This document shows, piece by piece, positions 10,002 to 20,012 of a stretch of 64,000 nt of DNA (within the stretch, counting starts at the first letter, position 1; every line of letters starts with the position of its first letter). Source of the DNA: Candidatus Multivoradales bacterium (GTDB lineage: Bacteria; Acidobacteriota; Thermoanaerobaculia; Multivoradales; JAHEKO01); NCBI GenBank assembly GCA_965248055.1, contig CBDFIJ010000004.1:2176001-2240000 (forward strand). The letters run 5' to 3'. The notes beneath the pieces are model-generated. The model did not search any database. It was given only the letters and a program-made list of their open reading frames with translations, and was not told the DNA's origin. Both the position numbers and the translations under genes were made by a program.

Positions 10002-12944
10002 ATGAGGAAGAACAAACAGACTCTCTGCTGGGCTGCGCTACTCGCTGTCTTGCTGTTGGTCCCGGCTGCCACCTTCGCCCAGTCTGCGTCCGGTACCATT
10101 TTCGGCCGCGTGTTGGACGAAAACGGCAACAGCCTCCAGTCCGTGACCGCTACTGCGGTCTCGCCTGCTTTGCAGGGCAAGAAAGTTGCCGTTAGTGACA
10201 ATGACGGTGGATTTAAACTGGTCACCCTGCCCCCGGGCGTGTATGCAGTGACCTTTAGCATCGATGGGTTCCAGGATGTTGTCCAAGAGGATGTCCGTGT
10301 CAACATCGGCGGGCAGATCCCACTGGCTGTGACCATGAACTCAGGCTTCACGGATACGGTGGTGATTAGCGGTGCAGATCGACCGCTGATCAATACCTCA
10401 AGCACCGAGTCCGGGATCACCCTAGATCAGGACTTTTTCCAAGATTTGCCCACTGGTCGTAGCTACATTACCGCCGCTCTCGTGGCTCCTGGTGCCCAGA
10501 CGGATGCGTCCGGGACAACCTTCTATGGCTCGACTGGTGCTGAGAACGCGTATTACATCGATGGCGTCAATACCACTGGCATTGAATTAGGTATCCAAGG
10601 CCAGGCTCTGAACTTCGAGTTCATTCAAGAAGTGCAGATCAAGACCGGAAGTTACGGTGCCGAGTACGGTCGCAACACCGGCGGCATCATTGAAGTGGTG
10701 ACCAAGTCCGGTGGCAATGATCTCTCCGGCGACGTCTTTGGTTACTGGGATGACGATTCGCTTGAGTCCAGTCTCAGTTCGGCTGCTCACACGGGTGCGG
10801 TTTCCGGCTCAACCAGAACCGTCGGCCGCACGCGCGCGGACTTCGGTTTCGATCTGGGCGGAGCTATTCAGAAGGACAAGCTCTGGTACTTTGTCGCTTA
10901 TGACAAGGTTGACAATAACAATGATGTAGAGTCGTTGAAGAATTTCGCGCCGTTCGTCCCGGGCGCTCCTGGTCTGGGCGATGGTTTCGTCACCGATACG
11001 ACACGCAACCTGGCAGCGGCCAAGTTGACCTGGAAGATCGCGCCGACACATACTTTGGCAGGTTCTTATTTTGATGATTCCGGTACTCAGGACGGATTAC
11101 TAACAGGTTACTCGCTTGCTGCTCCGTCGAGCCACTTTACCGGCGTCAACGATTTCGGTGCGCCCGATCATGCGCTCAACTATGATGGCGTGCTCTCTGA
11201 CGACCTCTTGATTTCCGGGCGCCTGTCACGCCATGAAGAAACAATAACGTTTTCAGGAGAAGGAACCGATCTGGTGGGCTTCATCGATTTCACCGATCCG
11301 CTTGGCGATGGCACGACGACTTGGGGATGGTCAGGAGCTCCCAACGCATCTGGCCTCGGCTTCTTCCAGAACCAGAATTTTGTTCGTGATCAGAATCGTG
11401 TGGACTTGACTTACTTTGCCAACAATTTTGGCGGCGAGCATGAATTCAAGGTTGGCTTTGAGACCGAAGAGATCGCGGTGGATAACGCCAATCGTAACTC
11501 CGGCGGCCAGCGAATCTATCGTTTCAGCTGCAGTAGCAGCCGTTGTCCAGACAACCCTGAGCAACCGTACTACTACCGACATCGCTACTTCGTGAACTCC
11601 AAGATTGATGCTTACAATGCGACAGCTGCCGACCTGAGAGATCCGTTGACTGTGAACACTAAGGCGGAGGACGAGGCGTACTTCATCCAGGATTCCTGGC
11701 GAGTGGCCGACAACCTCACCCTAAACCTCGGCTGGCGCCATGACACCCAGACGCTGTTCAATGCCGATGGTCAACCCCATCAAACTTTGGACGACGCGGA
11801 TGCGCCGCGCATAGGTTTGATCTGGGATCCGCTAAAGAATGGGCGTTCTAAGGTCTATGGGCACTATGGCAAGTTTTACGAGACCATCCCGATGGATATC
11901 GTGATTCGCTCCTACGGTGGTGAAATCTCTGTGTTTGCCTACAACTTTTCGCAAGATCCTGCGGATATCGCGGGTGACCGGGCTGTGCGTCGTGGCTCTA
12001 CGACGCTCGGTGGGGGGTTCTCTCGGGTTGACCCACTCACCGAGAGCCAACACATCGAAGAAATTGTGATTGGTGGCGAATATGAGATCACCAACGGCGT
12101 GTCGCTAGGAGTCAAATACATCGACCGTGACCTCGAGAACATCATGGAAGATGCGCTGTCTGCTGATGGCGACTACTTCATCGGCAATCCCGGTCGTGGA
12201 GCCATGGTCGGTACCTACGACCTTGGTTATGCCTTTGGCTACAACACAACCCTGCACAGTCTGTCGGTACCCACGCGTGAATTTGAAGGCTATGAAGTCA
12301 TGATCACCAAGCGCCCAACGAAAAACCTCCAGTTCATCGCTTCGTTGCTCTTCTCAGAGCTCACGGGGAGCTACGACGGGTTGTTCCAGGCGTCTACCGG
12401 TCAGCTTGACCCCAACTTGAACTCGGCGTTCGACTACTATGATTTTTCTGTGAACAACAAGGGCAAGTTGTCCAACGATCGCCCTTTTCAGGCTAAATGG
12501 GATGGTGCCTACAACTTCGAGAACGGCCTAGTTCTCGGTGCATCAGCCTACTACCGTGACGGCACACCGGTCACTGCCATGGGCTACTCCACCGCCTACA
12601 GTAACTGGGAGTACTACCTCTCAGAACGTGGGGCTTTTGGTAGCACCGATAAGGAGTACGAGGTCAACCTTCATGTGGGTTATCCGATCACGCTCAACAA
12701 TGGTACCGAGATCAACCTAATGGCAGACATTACCAATCTTCTGGATCGGCAGGGTGAACTCACCCGTAGCACTGCCTACGACGTGGTCGAAGACTACGGT
12801 GTTCTTGATTGGGTTACGGGCGAGGAATACGCTCCTATCACTCCTGGTGACACTGCCCGTCCGCCGACCAATGCTTCGTTCAACACAGCGAGCACTTGGC
12901 AGCTGCCGCGGTCAGTCCGATTGGGTGTGCGTTTTAGCTTCTAG
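10002..12944 (+). CDS. TonB-dependent receptor with N-terminal carboxypeptidase-regulatory-like domain
   Basis: AGGAG RBS before ATG 10002. Signal peptide, GTIFGRVLD, plug motifs (ENAYYIDGVN, GSYGAEYGRNTGGIIEVVTKSGGN), C-terminal ...GVRFSF. Confidence 0.92.
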   Translation: MRKNKQTLCWAALLAVLLLVPAATFAQSASGTIFGRVLDENGNSLQSVTATAVSPALQGKKVAVSDNDGGFKLVTLPPGVYAVTFSIDGFQDVVQEDVRVNIGGQIPLAVTMNSGFTDTVVISGADRPLINTSSTESGITLDQDFFQDLPTGRSYITAALVAPGAQTDASGTTFYGSTGAENAYYIDGVNTTGIELGIQGQALNFEFIQEVQIKTGSYGAEYGRNTGGIIEVVTKSGGNDLSGDVFGYWDDDSLESSLSSAAHTGAVSGSTRTVGRTRADFGFDLGGAIQKDKLWYFVAYDKVDNNNDVESLKNFAPFVPGAPGLGDGFVTDTTRNLAAAKLTWKIAPTHTLAGSYFDDSGTQDGLLTGYSLAAPSSHFTGVNDFGAPDHALNYDGVLSDDLLISGRLSRHEETITFSGEGTDLVGFIDFTDPLGDGTTTWGWSGAPNASGLGFFQNQNFVRDQNRVDLTYFANNFGGEHEFKVGFETEEIAVDNANRNSGGQRIYRFSCSSSRCPDNPEQPYYYRHRYFVNSKIDAYNATAADLRDPLTVNTKAEDEAYFIQDSWRVADNLTLNLGWRHDTQTLFNADGQPHQTLDDADAPRIGLIWDPLKNGRSKVYGHYGKFYETIPMDIVIRSYGGEISVFAYNFSQDPADIAGDRAVRRGSTTLGGGFSRVDPLTESQHIEEIVIGGEYEITNGVSLGVKYIDRDLENIMEDALSADGDYFIGNPGRGAMVGTYDLGYAFGYNTTLHSLSVPTREFEGYEVMITKRPTKNLQFIASLLFSELTGSYDGLFQASTGQLDPNLNSAFDYYDFSVNNKGKLSNDRPFQAKWDGAYNFENGLVLGASAYYRDGTPVTAMGYSTAYSNWEYYLSERGAFGSTDKEYEVNLHVGYPITLNNGTEINLMADITNLLDRQGELTRSTAYDVVEDYGVLDWVTGEEYAPITPGDTARPPTNASFNTASTWQLPRSVRLGVRFSF

Positions 12945-12967
12945 TCCGCTTTCAAACAGCGTGTATG

Positions 12968-12996
12968 AGAGGGGGCGCACGCCCCCTCTTTTTTTT
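12968..12996 (+). terminator. Rho-independent terminator
   Basis: AGAGGGGGC-gcac-GCCCCCTCT stem followed by a T-run, just after the receptor stop codon. Confidence 0.85.
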
Positions 12997-13268
12997 CGAA
13001 AACTACAAATACGAATTACGGTGCCAGATGGAGGCATCGAAATCGTCAATAGACGGAAAACTCACCATGCACCGGTCCATCGACGGACCCAAAAAGAGTG
13101 CGAATGGGATCTCCATCCCTAGAATGGATCCGATTCTAAGGGCCGAATGACCGACGGAAAGAAAACCCTTGACCGGACCGCCCGACTCTCCTCATCTGTC
13201 ACCGTACTAAGGTTCGTGGGCACCATCATGGTGTTTGTTGATCGCGATTGGTGTGGCGGAAAAGCCAA

Positions 13269-13428
13269 CGGGTTACTGAGTTTCTGGAGAGAAAACCGCA
13301 TGTACGAAGTGCTCGGTCTCTTCGTCCCTTTCGTGGTCCGCATCATGTTGCCGACCGACGTGGTGCAGATCCGCCATCAGAAGAAACTGGTCGCGTTACG
13401 TCGACCGGCGAGGGCGCATAAATCCTAG
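13269..13428 (+). pseudogene. Degenerate duplicate of the 3' end of the terC-family gene, with an internal deletion
   Basis: Aligns by eye to 4717-4805 joined to 4901-4974 (ENRMYEVLGLFV...DVVQ...QKKLVALRRPA*). The deletion junction falls at a shared ACCGA. Confidence 0.85.
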
Positions 13429-13772
13429 GGGACACAATACAAGTATTGTGTCCCCTCCCTTAACACCGGTTCCCTGGTCGCTGGCAACGCGTCGTACCAG
13501 GGCGCAAAACTCATGAACCGCGGATGCCCGTCGACGTCAGCCACCAGGTAGAGAAAATTGTTCCAACCCAACTGGTGGAACTGGCAGTAGATGGCGAACT
13601 CGCCCTGCGGTACCTCCGTCCATAGCGCACTGCCGTCGACGGTGTTGCTCTTGTAGCTGGTGGTGCAGGCGTCCTGCGACGGCGAATCCGCTGCTGCCGT
13701 AGTCGCCAGGGGCAGGCCTGCGATCATTACTCCGCAAGTCCAAATCAGAATCTGAAACTTTGAACGCATCAT
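13425..13772 (-). CDS. Small secreted hypothetical protein; last codons supplied by the palindrome (possibly truncated)
   Basis: AAGGAGAG RBS and a signal peptide ending ATTAAA. The C-terminal GTQYLYCVP* is the translated palindrome. Confidence 0.55.
   Translation of the reverse strand: MMRSKFQILIWTCGVMIAGLPLATTAAADSPSQDACTTSYKSNTVDGSALWTEVPQGEFAIYCQFHQLGWNNFLYLVADVDGHPRFMSFAPWYDALPATREPVLREGTQYLYCVP
13427..13456. repeat. REP-like perfect palindrome, copy 2
   Basis: AGGGGACACAATAC-AA-GTATTGTGTCCCCT. Confidence 0.9.
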
Positions 13773-13979
13773 TCTCTCCTTCTGGTCCGCGAGCGGTTTG
13801 GATCCGCCTAGTGGCGCTGCTCGGGCAATCCGAGCCGCGTCTCAACCGAGGTAGCTCGTCGTGGACGATCTAGGTTGTGCTGAGGGGACCATACCACTGT
13901 GCAGCCGGTGGCGTGCGTGGCCGCGCTACAGAAGACATCCTTGTTCAGGGAGGTTCTGATTGCAGTAGTCGGCCATAAC

Positions 13980-14009
13980 TTGCTCCCAATATGGGAACAA
14001 CGATATAGT
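13980..14009 (+). promoter_or_regulatory. Putative higBA promoter with palindromic operator
   Basis: TTGCTC-N18-TATAGT overlapping the inverted repeat TTGcTCCCA-ATA-TGGGAaCAA, ending 10 bp before the higB ATG. Confidence 0.6.
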
Positions 14010-14019
14010 AGAGGTCGCG

Positions 14020-14304
14020 ATGATTTTGGTTCGGAGGAGGGAACTCGATGCGTTTAGACGAAAGCACCCAGATGTCCGTAGCTGGCTCGATCAATGGGTT
14101 GCTGAGGTAGAAAGGGCGGAATGGAGCAGCCCTCAAGAGATAAGAGATAGGTACGCGAGTGCAACGGTGATTTCTGGAAATGTGATCATTTTTGACGTAA
14201 AAGGCAATAAGTATCGGATGGAGGTTTTGGTTTCGTTCGAGCGCGGAGTGGTTAGCGTCCAACGGTGGGGAACACATGCCGAATACGACAAATGGAGCTT
14301 CTAG
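14020..14304 (+). CDS. higB: Type II toxin HigB (mRNA interferase)
   Basis: W..EVERAEWSSPQEIR..Y.SA, IFDVKGNKYR and GTHAEYDK, all characteristic of HigB. Confidence 0.9.
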   Translation: MILVRRRELDAFRRKHPDVRSWLDQWVAEVERAEWSSPQEIRDRYASATVISGNVIIFDVKGNKYRMEVLVSFERGVVSVQRWGTHAEYDKWSF

Positions 14305-14317
14305 AGAGAAGGACACT

Positions 14318-15508
14318 ATGACCGTGATTCGTACAAAAGCGCAATATGAAGGCCATCTCGAAGAACTCGAGGAGCTACTGCGCAGTGGAGAGCTAGGGAA
14401 CGCTACCGTGGAGGCTCTCCGCTTGGATGAACTTGCGAGGGCTATAGAAGACTATGAGAAGGAACGATTCCCCTTTCAAGTCCCCAGCCCTGTGGAGGCG
14501 GTCGAGTTCAGGTTGCAGCAGATGGGGTTGACACGTCGCCACCTGGAGCCTCTGTTGGGTGGGCGAAGTAAGGTGTCGGAGGTTTTGTCGGGAAAGCGCA
14601 CGTTGACAGTGCGGATGATTAGAGCCCTCAACCACGGTCTTGGAATTCCGGCAGACCTTTTGTTACAGGATACTCAGATAGCCAACCTCTCTATCGAAGA
14701 GCTTGATTGGAGCAAGTTCCCCGTCAAGGAGATGGTGCGTCGCCAGTGGCTTGCGACCTCGGAACACGACGCAGTCGAGGCAACGAAAACCTTTGTCGAA
14801 GCTGTCATTCCAGCTGAATATGCTCCGGCGTTGTTTCGACGTTCTAGCTCGATAGCCAAGGGCGCAATCGACTACTACTCACTTCTAGCCTGGATGGCGA
14901 GAGTTATTCACCTTGCGGAAACTGAGCCAGTTTCTAAGCCATTCGACAAAGGCCTTGATCAAGCCGCGTTATTCAGCGAGATGGCGATTCTTAGCAGTAA
15001 CGAGAACGGGCCATTCCTAGCGAAGAGCTGGCTTGCTAATGTGGGCGTTAGGTTGGTCGTAGAGCCACACTTGCCTAAGACGCGGCTTGATGGAGCTGCA
15101 CTACTTGATTCCGCTGGCAACCCAATAATTGCACTTACCGTTCGCTATGATCGTCTAGATAGCTTCTGGTTTACGTTGTTGCATGAACTTGCGCACGTTT
15201 TCCGTCATCTGAATCAAGAAGATATGGTCATAGTCGACGATCTGGATCTTGACCGAAGTCAAGATTTCTCGGAGATCGAGGCTGACAGCGTCGCACGAAA
15301 TGCACTAATTCCACGGCAACTGTGGGCAAGAAGCGATGCTTACCGCGTTCGTACCAAGCGGACGATTTTGGCATTGGCAGACCGGCTGAAAATCCACCCA
15401 AGCATTGTCGCTGGACGCCTTCGTTTTGAGACAGACAATTACCAGAGGTTTGGGGAGTTACTGGGTAGCGGGGAAGTGCGGAAGCACTTTCCAGAGGTGA
15501 AATGGTGA
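14318..15508 (+). CDS. higA: HigA-type XRE HTH antitoxin fused to ImmA/IrrE (Peptidase M78) metallopeptidase domain
   Basis: AAGGA RBS before ATG 14318. HTH PVEAVEFRLQQMGL...VSEVLSGKRTLTVRMIRAL; LDGAA; RYDRLDSFWFTLLHELAH (HExxH). Confidence 0.88.
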   Translation: MTVIRTKAQYEGHLEELEELLRSGELGNATVEALRLDELARAIEDYEKERFPFQVPSPVEAVEFRLQQMGLTRRHLEPLLGGRSKVSEVLSGKRTLTVRMIRALNHGLGIPADLLLQDTQIANLSIEELDWSKFPVKEMVRRQWLATSEHDAVEATKTFVEAVIPAEYAPALFRRSSSIAKGAIDYYSLLAWMARVIHLAETEPVSKPFDKGLDQAALFSEMAILSSNENGPFLAKSWLANVGVRLVVEPHLPKTRLDGAALLDSAGNPIIALTVRYDRLDSFWFTLLHELAHVFRHLNQEDMVIVDDLDLDRSQDFSEIEADSVARNALIPRQLWARSDAYRVRTKRTILALADRLKIHPSIVAGRLRFETDNYQRFGELLGSGEVRKHFPEVKW

Positions 15509-16629
15509 GTGGAGTAAACGACCACAGACACTACGTTCCAATTCTCAAGTCGAAACAAGGGGAATTTGGAGCTCTTCAGAGATTGCGTGAGGAGGACCGA
15601 GACCGACTCACCCCTTTATTGGATGTCGTACGAGTCCCTTTCAATTGGAAAACGCAAAAGCCAAGCAAAGAATTGGGCGAGCACCTCGCAGCCAAGGCGG
15701 CCAAATTTACTGCAGCGTGGGGTAGTCGGTTAGCATTTGTTGATCTATACGATATTGACCTTGCATACCGTGTGAGTGGAAACAAACACCCTCTCTTGTT
15801 TGTCTTCGAAAGATTCCGTGAGGAGGGTGCCACGGCCATACCCGTCACTGGCTTTGATAGAGACCGGAATTACAACAATGCCGTCAAAGCCATCCATCAG
15901 GCCGACGGGAGAGGAGTTTGCATTCGGCTACTTCAAGAGGATTTGCTCTTGATGGGCAGTCTCGCAGATCAGGTCGCGGGTATGTCAGCGCAGCTAGGCG
16001 TCCCGTTGGAACGAACGCATTTAGTCATAGATCTTCGTGAACTAAAGCCTCGCGATGTCCCGAGTTATTCTCGATTGGTACGTGATGCGCTGTGGGCCCT
16101 AGACGACACAACACGTGGGGTTGCTTCGCTTGTCCTATCGGCGTCCTCCATGCCAAGCCAGCTCGGCGATGCAGTACCAACTGGGAACACCGACTCATTA
16201 GAGCGACTTGAGTTTCGTTTTTGGAGGTCACTTGTCGCGAACAGCGACCTCGGTCGACTTCCTTCTTTTGGTGACTACGGAATTGTTGCACCGGATTTCC
16301 TGGAATTAAACCCGAAAACCATTTCGATCGCACCAACAATCCGCTACACGACTCAAAAAAACTGGTTGATCATGCGCGGCATAAGTACGAAGAAGCATCC
16401 CGATGGATTCAAACAGTTCCATAGCCTGGCAGCGGATCTAGTTTCTCGACCAGAGTACTTTGGGGCCAGTTGTTGTTGGGGTGACGAATACATTTCCCAA
16501 AATGCCACACGCGAAGTGGGCCCCGGCAATGCGTGTAAATGGGTTGAGGTCGGGACAAATCATCACCTGTCCGTCGTCAGTCGGCAAATCACCGCACTTC
16601 CGCAACTGCGCACTCCCAGTCCTCTCTAG
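15502..16629 (+). CDS. Beta-family protein (homologue of satellite phage P4 beta / sce7725-like)
   Basis: N-terminal YVPILKSKQGEFGAL, FGDYGI, IRYT and C-terminal W...GTNHHL are family hallmarks. Overlaps the higA stop. Confidence 0.8.
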   Translation: MVSGVNDHRHYVPILKSKQGEFGALQRLREEDRDRLTPLLDVVRVPFNWKTQKPSKELGEHLAAKAAKFTAAWGSRLAFVDLYDIDLAYRVSGNKHPLLFVFERFREEGATAIPVTGFDRDRNYNNAVKAIHQADGRGVCIRLLQEDLLLMGSLADQVAGMSAQLGVPLERTHLVIDLRELKPRDVPSYSRLVRDALWALDDTTRGVASLVLSASSMPSQLGDAVPTGNTDSLERLEFRFWRSLVANSDLGRLPSFGDYGIVAPDFLELNPKTISIAPTIRYTTQKNWLIMRGISTKKHPDGFKQFHSLAADLVSRPEYFGASCCWGDEYISQNATREVGPGNACKWVEVGTNHHLSVVSRQITALPQLRTPSPL

Positions 16630-17176
16630 CGCGCAGCGTATTGCGCACAATTTCTAGCAGTTCAGGTAGCTCAAAAGCTTCGCACACTTTCTCCCACACT
16701 ATTTGGCGTTGCTTAGTACGCAAGCCCCGCGCAAGCGCATGCTTTTTCAGAAGGTCCAAGGCTTCTTCTCGCCACAGGAGTTGCGCCACCGCGTATGCCT
16801 TCTGCGAAGGATTATTTTTTGGTTGACGAACGCTATTCAACGAGATCCGGTCATCTTGTCTTGACGCAAGGATGAGACCCCACCACTTTGGTACGAGGTC
16901 GCGGGCTCGCGCCATGTGCAGCTTGGTTGTTACCAGCGATACTTGATCCAATACATCACAATACACTGCGGCTTGGCGATTTAGCCGTCTTAATGTGTCA
17001 CGGTCACTCTTAATCTCAAACCCGTGCAGGGAACAGTTGACAACAAGCAGGTCGGGCCGCGCAGATCCCTGGCACAAGCCAACCTCTTCAAACAGTTGGC
17101 CTTCGGCCGTTCCAGGTAGAAGCGCCCTTCTTAGTTCTCTTCTAATATCTGAGTCAGAAATCCGGTTAGTACTCAA
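16589..17176 (-). CDS. sce7726-family protein, predicted PD-(D/E)xK nuclease fold
   Basis: EE...RPDLLVVN..LHGFEIKSDRDTLRRL..Q...Y, P.WWG and LLWREE motifs. Confidence 0.82.
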   Translation of the reverse strand: MSTNRISDSDIRRELRRALLPGTAEGQLFEEVGLCQGSARPDLLVVNCSLHGFEIKSDRDTLRRLNRQAAVYCDVLDQVSLVTTKLHMARARDLVPKWWGLILASRQDDRISLNSVRQPKNNPSQKAYAVAQLLWREEALDLLKKHALARGLRTKQRQIVWEKVCEAFELPELLEIVRNTLRAREDWECAVAEVR

Positions 17177-17372
17177 ATTTCTGTTAGCTCCGGAGGTGTC
17201 CCCATTCCTGTATCTTAGAAGAAGTCAACTGAACTACCGAACTAGGTGCCACTCAGGCGAATAATGGGAGTAGCCTCCTTGGAGGCTCGCCTGGTTCTCG
17301 GGAGTCCCCAATCAGTCGAACTACCTGTCTCGCACTGAGTGGTGGCGTTAGCCAACCCAAACGCCCTCCCCG

Positions 17373-18416
17373 CTAGGTGATTGCCTCGAGCCCCAATTTG
17401 GCGACCGGCTCGGTGTATCCGCCGACGGCGCTCGCCTGGCGGCTGGATGCATTGCCCTGCATCGAGCGTTTGGCGACTCCTTGAATGATGGAGGCGAGCC
17501 GAAAAAAGCTGAACGCTATATAGAACGAGAAGTTCTTGATGCCGGAGATCTTGGCCTCCCGGCAGTACTGAGCCACGAGCTGCTGCTCGGAGGGTATTCC
17601 GAGGTGGTCGGGGTCCTGTCCGCGCAAACCTGACATCTTGCCGACACCCGCTGGCATGCGCAGCAACATGCACAGATAGCCGACGTCTGCGAATGGATGT
17701 CCGAGGGTCGAAAGCTCCCAGTCGAGGACCGCACGCACTGACGGTTGGTGGTGGTCGAAAACTAAATTATCAACGCGGTAGTCCCCATGCACTAGCGCGA
17801 CGCGGCCGTCGTCTTTGGGCAGCAGCGTATTGAGGCGCGCCATCAGCTCTTCCATCGCAGGAATGCGCTGGATCTCCGAGTCGCGGTACTGGCGACTCCA
17901 GCGACTGAACTGACGATCGAAGTAGTTGCCAGCCTTGCCAAAGTCTCCAAGCCCTGCGTCGTCGATGTCGACTTTGTGGAGCGCGGCAAGCACGCGAACG
18001 ACCTCTTGGTAGATCGGGGTGCGTGCCGACCGGTCAACGTCCGGCAGCGCGGCGTCCCAGAAAACCCTGCCATCGCAAAGTTCCATGATGTAGAACATCG
18101 ACCCGATGACACTGCGGTCTTCGCACAGATAGTGGACTGCGGGGACGGGAACGTCGCTTCTGGCGAGCGCCCGGAGGACGCGGAACTCCCGATCGACAGC
18201 ATGGGCCGACTTGAGCAGCTCCCCCGGCGGTTGCCGTCGCAGCACGTAGGTGCCAGACGCAGCTGTGAGCTGAAACGTCGGGTTCGACTGGCCGTCGGCA
18301 AACTTGTAGAGGGCAATCGGGCCACGAAACCCGTCGAGATGCGCCTCAAGATGCGCTGCTAGAGCTCCGAGATCGGGAGCGCTAGCATCCACTTCTGGGA
18401 AATCATCAATCCTCAC
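17373..18416 (-). CDS. Aminoglycoside-phosphotransferase-like kinase (ACAD10/11 N-terminal-like)
   Basis: [37 protein letters not shown]. Confidence 0.9.
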   Translation of the reverse strand: MRIDDFPEVDASAPDLGALAAHLEAHLDGFRGPIALYKFADGQSNPTFQLTAASGTYVLRRQPPGELLKSAHAVDREFRVLRALARSDVPVPAVHYLCEDRSVIGSMFYIMELCDGRVFWDAALPDVDRSARTPIYQEVVRVLAALHKVDIDDAGLGDFGKAGNYFDRQFSRWSRQYRDSEIQRIPAMEELMARLNTLLPKDDGRVALVHGDYRVDNLVFDHHQPSVRAVLDWELSTLGHPFADVGYLCMLLRMPAGVGKMSGLRGQDPDHLGIPSEQQLVAQYCREAKISGIKNFSFYIAFSFFRLASIIQGVAKRSMQGNASSRQASAVGGYTEPVAKLGLEAIT

Positions 18417-19636
18417 AAACGGTCGGCGCTTAACTCCCGTGCGAGACTGCGCCCCAGTTGCATCATGTGGACCTGATCCGGCCCATCCGCCAGCCGAATG
18501 GCGCGCGCCATCGAATACGCGCGAGCGAGAAAGGTGTCCTGACTGAGGCCTGCCGCGCCATGGATCTGGATGGCGCGATCGATGACGTTACAGGCCATGG
18601 TCGGCACCGCGATCTTGCTCATCGCAATCAGATCCTTAGCAATCTTCGTCCCCTCTTGATCCATCTTCGCGGCCGCTTTGAAGGTTAGTAGTCGCGCTTG
18701 CTCCACGTCACACGCGGACCGGGCGATGTCTTCTCGCACGGACTGTTGGTCGATCAGCGGGCGGCCGAACGCGATTCGCGAACTCGCACGCTGGCACATC
18801 GCTTCAAGAGCGCGTTGTGCCAGGCCGACTAGTCGCATGCAGTGGTGGATCCGTCCGGGCCCGAGTCGTCCTTGTGCGATTTCAAATCCCCGCCCCTCGC
18901 CGAGCAGTAGGTTTTCCTTCGGCACCCAGACATCGTTGAAGTGCACCTCGCCGTGTCCCTCTGGGGCCGCGTCGTATCCGTACACCTGCATTGGGCGCAC
19001 GACGTCCACACCTTCGGCATCGATGGGCACCAGGATCATGGACTGCTGCCGGTAGCGGTCTTCTTCGTCTGGGTCAGACTTGCCCATCACGATCAAGACC
19101 TTGGTGTGGCGGTTATGCGTACCGCTGACGTACCACTTGCGCCCGTTGATGCGGTATCCCTCGCCGTCGCGGATGATCGCCGTCTGGACGTTGGTGGCAT
19201 CCGAACAAGCGACTTCGGGCTCGGTCATGGCGAACGCCGAACGGATCTCGCCTTCGAGCAGCGGAATCAGCCACTTCTCTTGCTGTGTATCAGAGCCATA
19301 ACGGGCAAGAACCTCCATATTGCCGGTGTCCGGAGCGCTGCAATTGAAGGCCTCGGACGCCCACACCACGCGGCCCATGATCTCCGCCAAAGGGGCGTAT
19401 TCAAGAGTGGTGAGACCGGGGCTGAACGTGCCATAGGACTTGGGCAAAAAGAGGTTCCAGAGGCCCGCGGCCTTGGCATTTTTCTTGACCTCTTGCAGGA
19501 TCGACGGAGGCTGCCATCGGTCCCCCTCCTCGACCTCGTTCCAGAAGCGCTCGTCATTGGGATAGATGTGCTCGTGCATGAACGCCAGCAATTGCCGACG
19601 CAGCTCTTGAACCTTGGCGCTGGGTTCGAGATTCAT
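18413..19636 (-). CDS. Acyl-CoA dehydrogenase (ACAD10/11-like)
   Basis: [49 protein letters not shown]. Confidence 0.93.
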   Translation of the reverse strand: MNLEPSAKVQELRRQLLAFMHEHIYPNDERFWNEVEEGDRWQPPSILQEVKKNAKAAGLWNLFLPKSYGTFSPGLTTLEYAPLAEIMGRVVWASEAFNCSAPDTGNMEVLARYGSDTQQEKWLIPLLEGEIRSAFAMTEPEVACSDATNVQTAIIRDGEGYRINGRKWYVSGTHNRHTKVLIVMGKSDPDEEDRYRQQSMILVPIDAEGVDVVRPMQVYGYDAAPEGHGEVHFNDVWVPKENLLLGEGRGFEIAQGRLGPGRIHHCMRLVGLAQRALEAMCQRASSRIAFGRPLIDQQSVREDIARSACDVEQARLLTFKAAAKMDQEGTKIAKDLIAMSKIAVPTMACNVIDRAIQIHGAAGLSQDTFLARAYSMARAIRLADGPDQVHMMQLGRSLARELSADRL

Positions 19637-19658
19637 TCCTTGTGAATGCCTTTCGCTC

Positions 19659-19741
19659 GGAGGTTATGCACGGAATGTAGTGTAGCGTTTGAATGTAGTG
19701 GAATGTAGTGGAGGTTATGCACGGAATGTAGTGTAGCGTTT
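19659..19741. repeat. Compound direct repeat upstream of the acyl-CoA dehydrogenase
   Basis: 32-bp GGAGGTTATGCACGGAATGTAGTGTAGCGTTT at 19659-19690 and 19710-19741. The sub-unit GAATGTAGTG occurs four times. Confidence 0.85.
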
Positions 19742-20012
19742 TGTGTCCCACCAAAGGCGAAGTGGCTCGGTCGGCAGTCACCGTTCAGAAATTGAAATTA
19801 GTGCCAGAACTTAGGTGTCACCCGAGTAACGGGAGCGCCTGGAAAAATCCGAGATCCGGCGATTACGGCGATCAATTCTTGCTGCATAGGCCTGACCTCT
19901 CCTGATTTTGCTTCCAAAGTTCGGGCAAGGTTCTGCTCTACCTGGTTTCAAGCTCGATATAGATAGAGAGATTCCCGGAAGGCTGCATCCTTCGGCGACA
20001 CCCCCCTTAGTA

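Noticed and set aside
19659-19741. Mini-CRISPR (two 32-bp repeats)
   Set aside because: The 19-bp spacer is built from the repeat's own sub-unit, which indicates slippage duplication.
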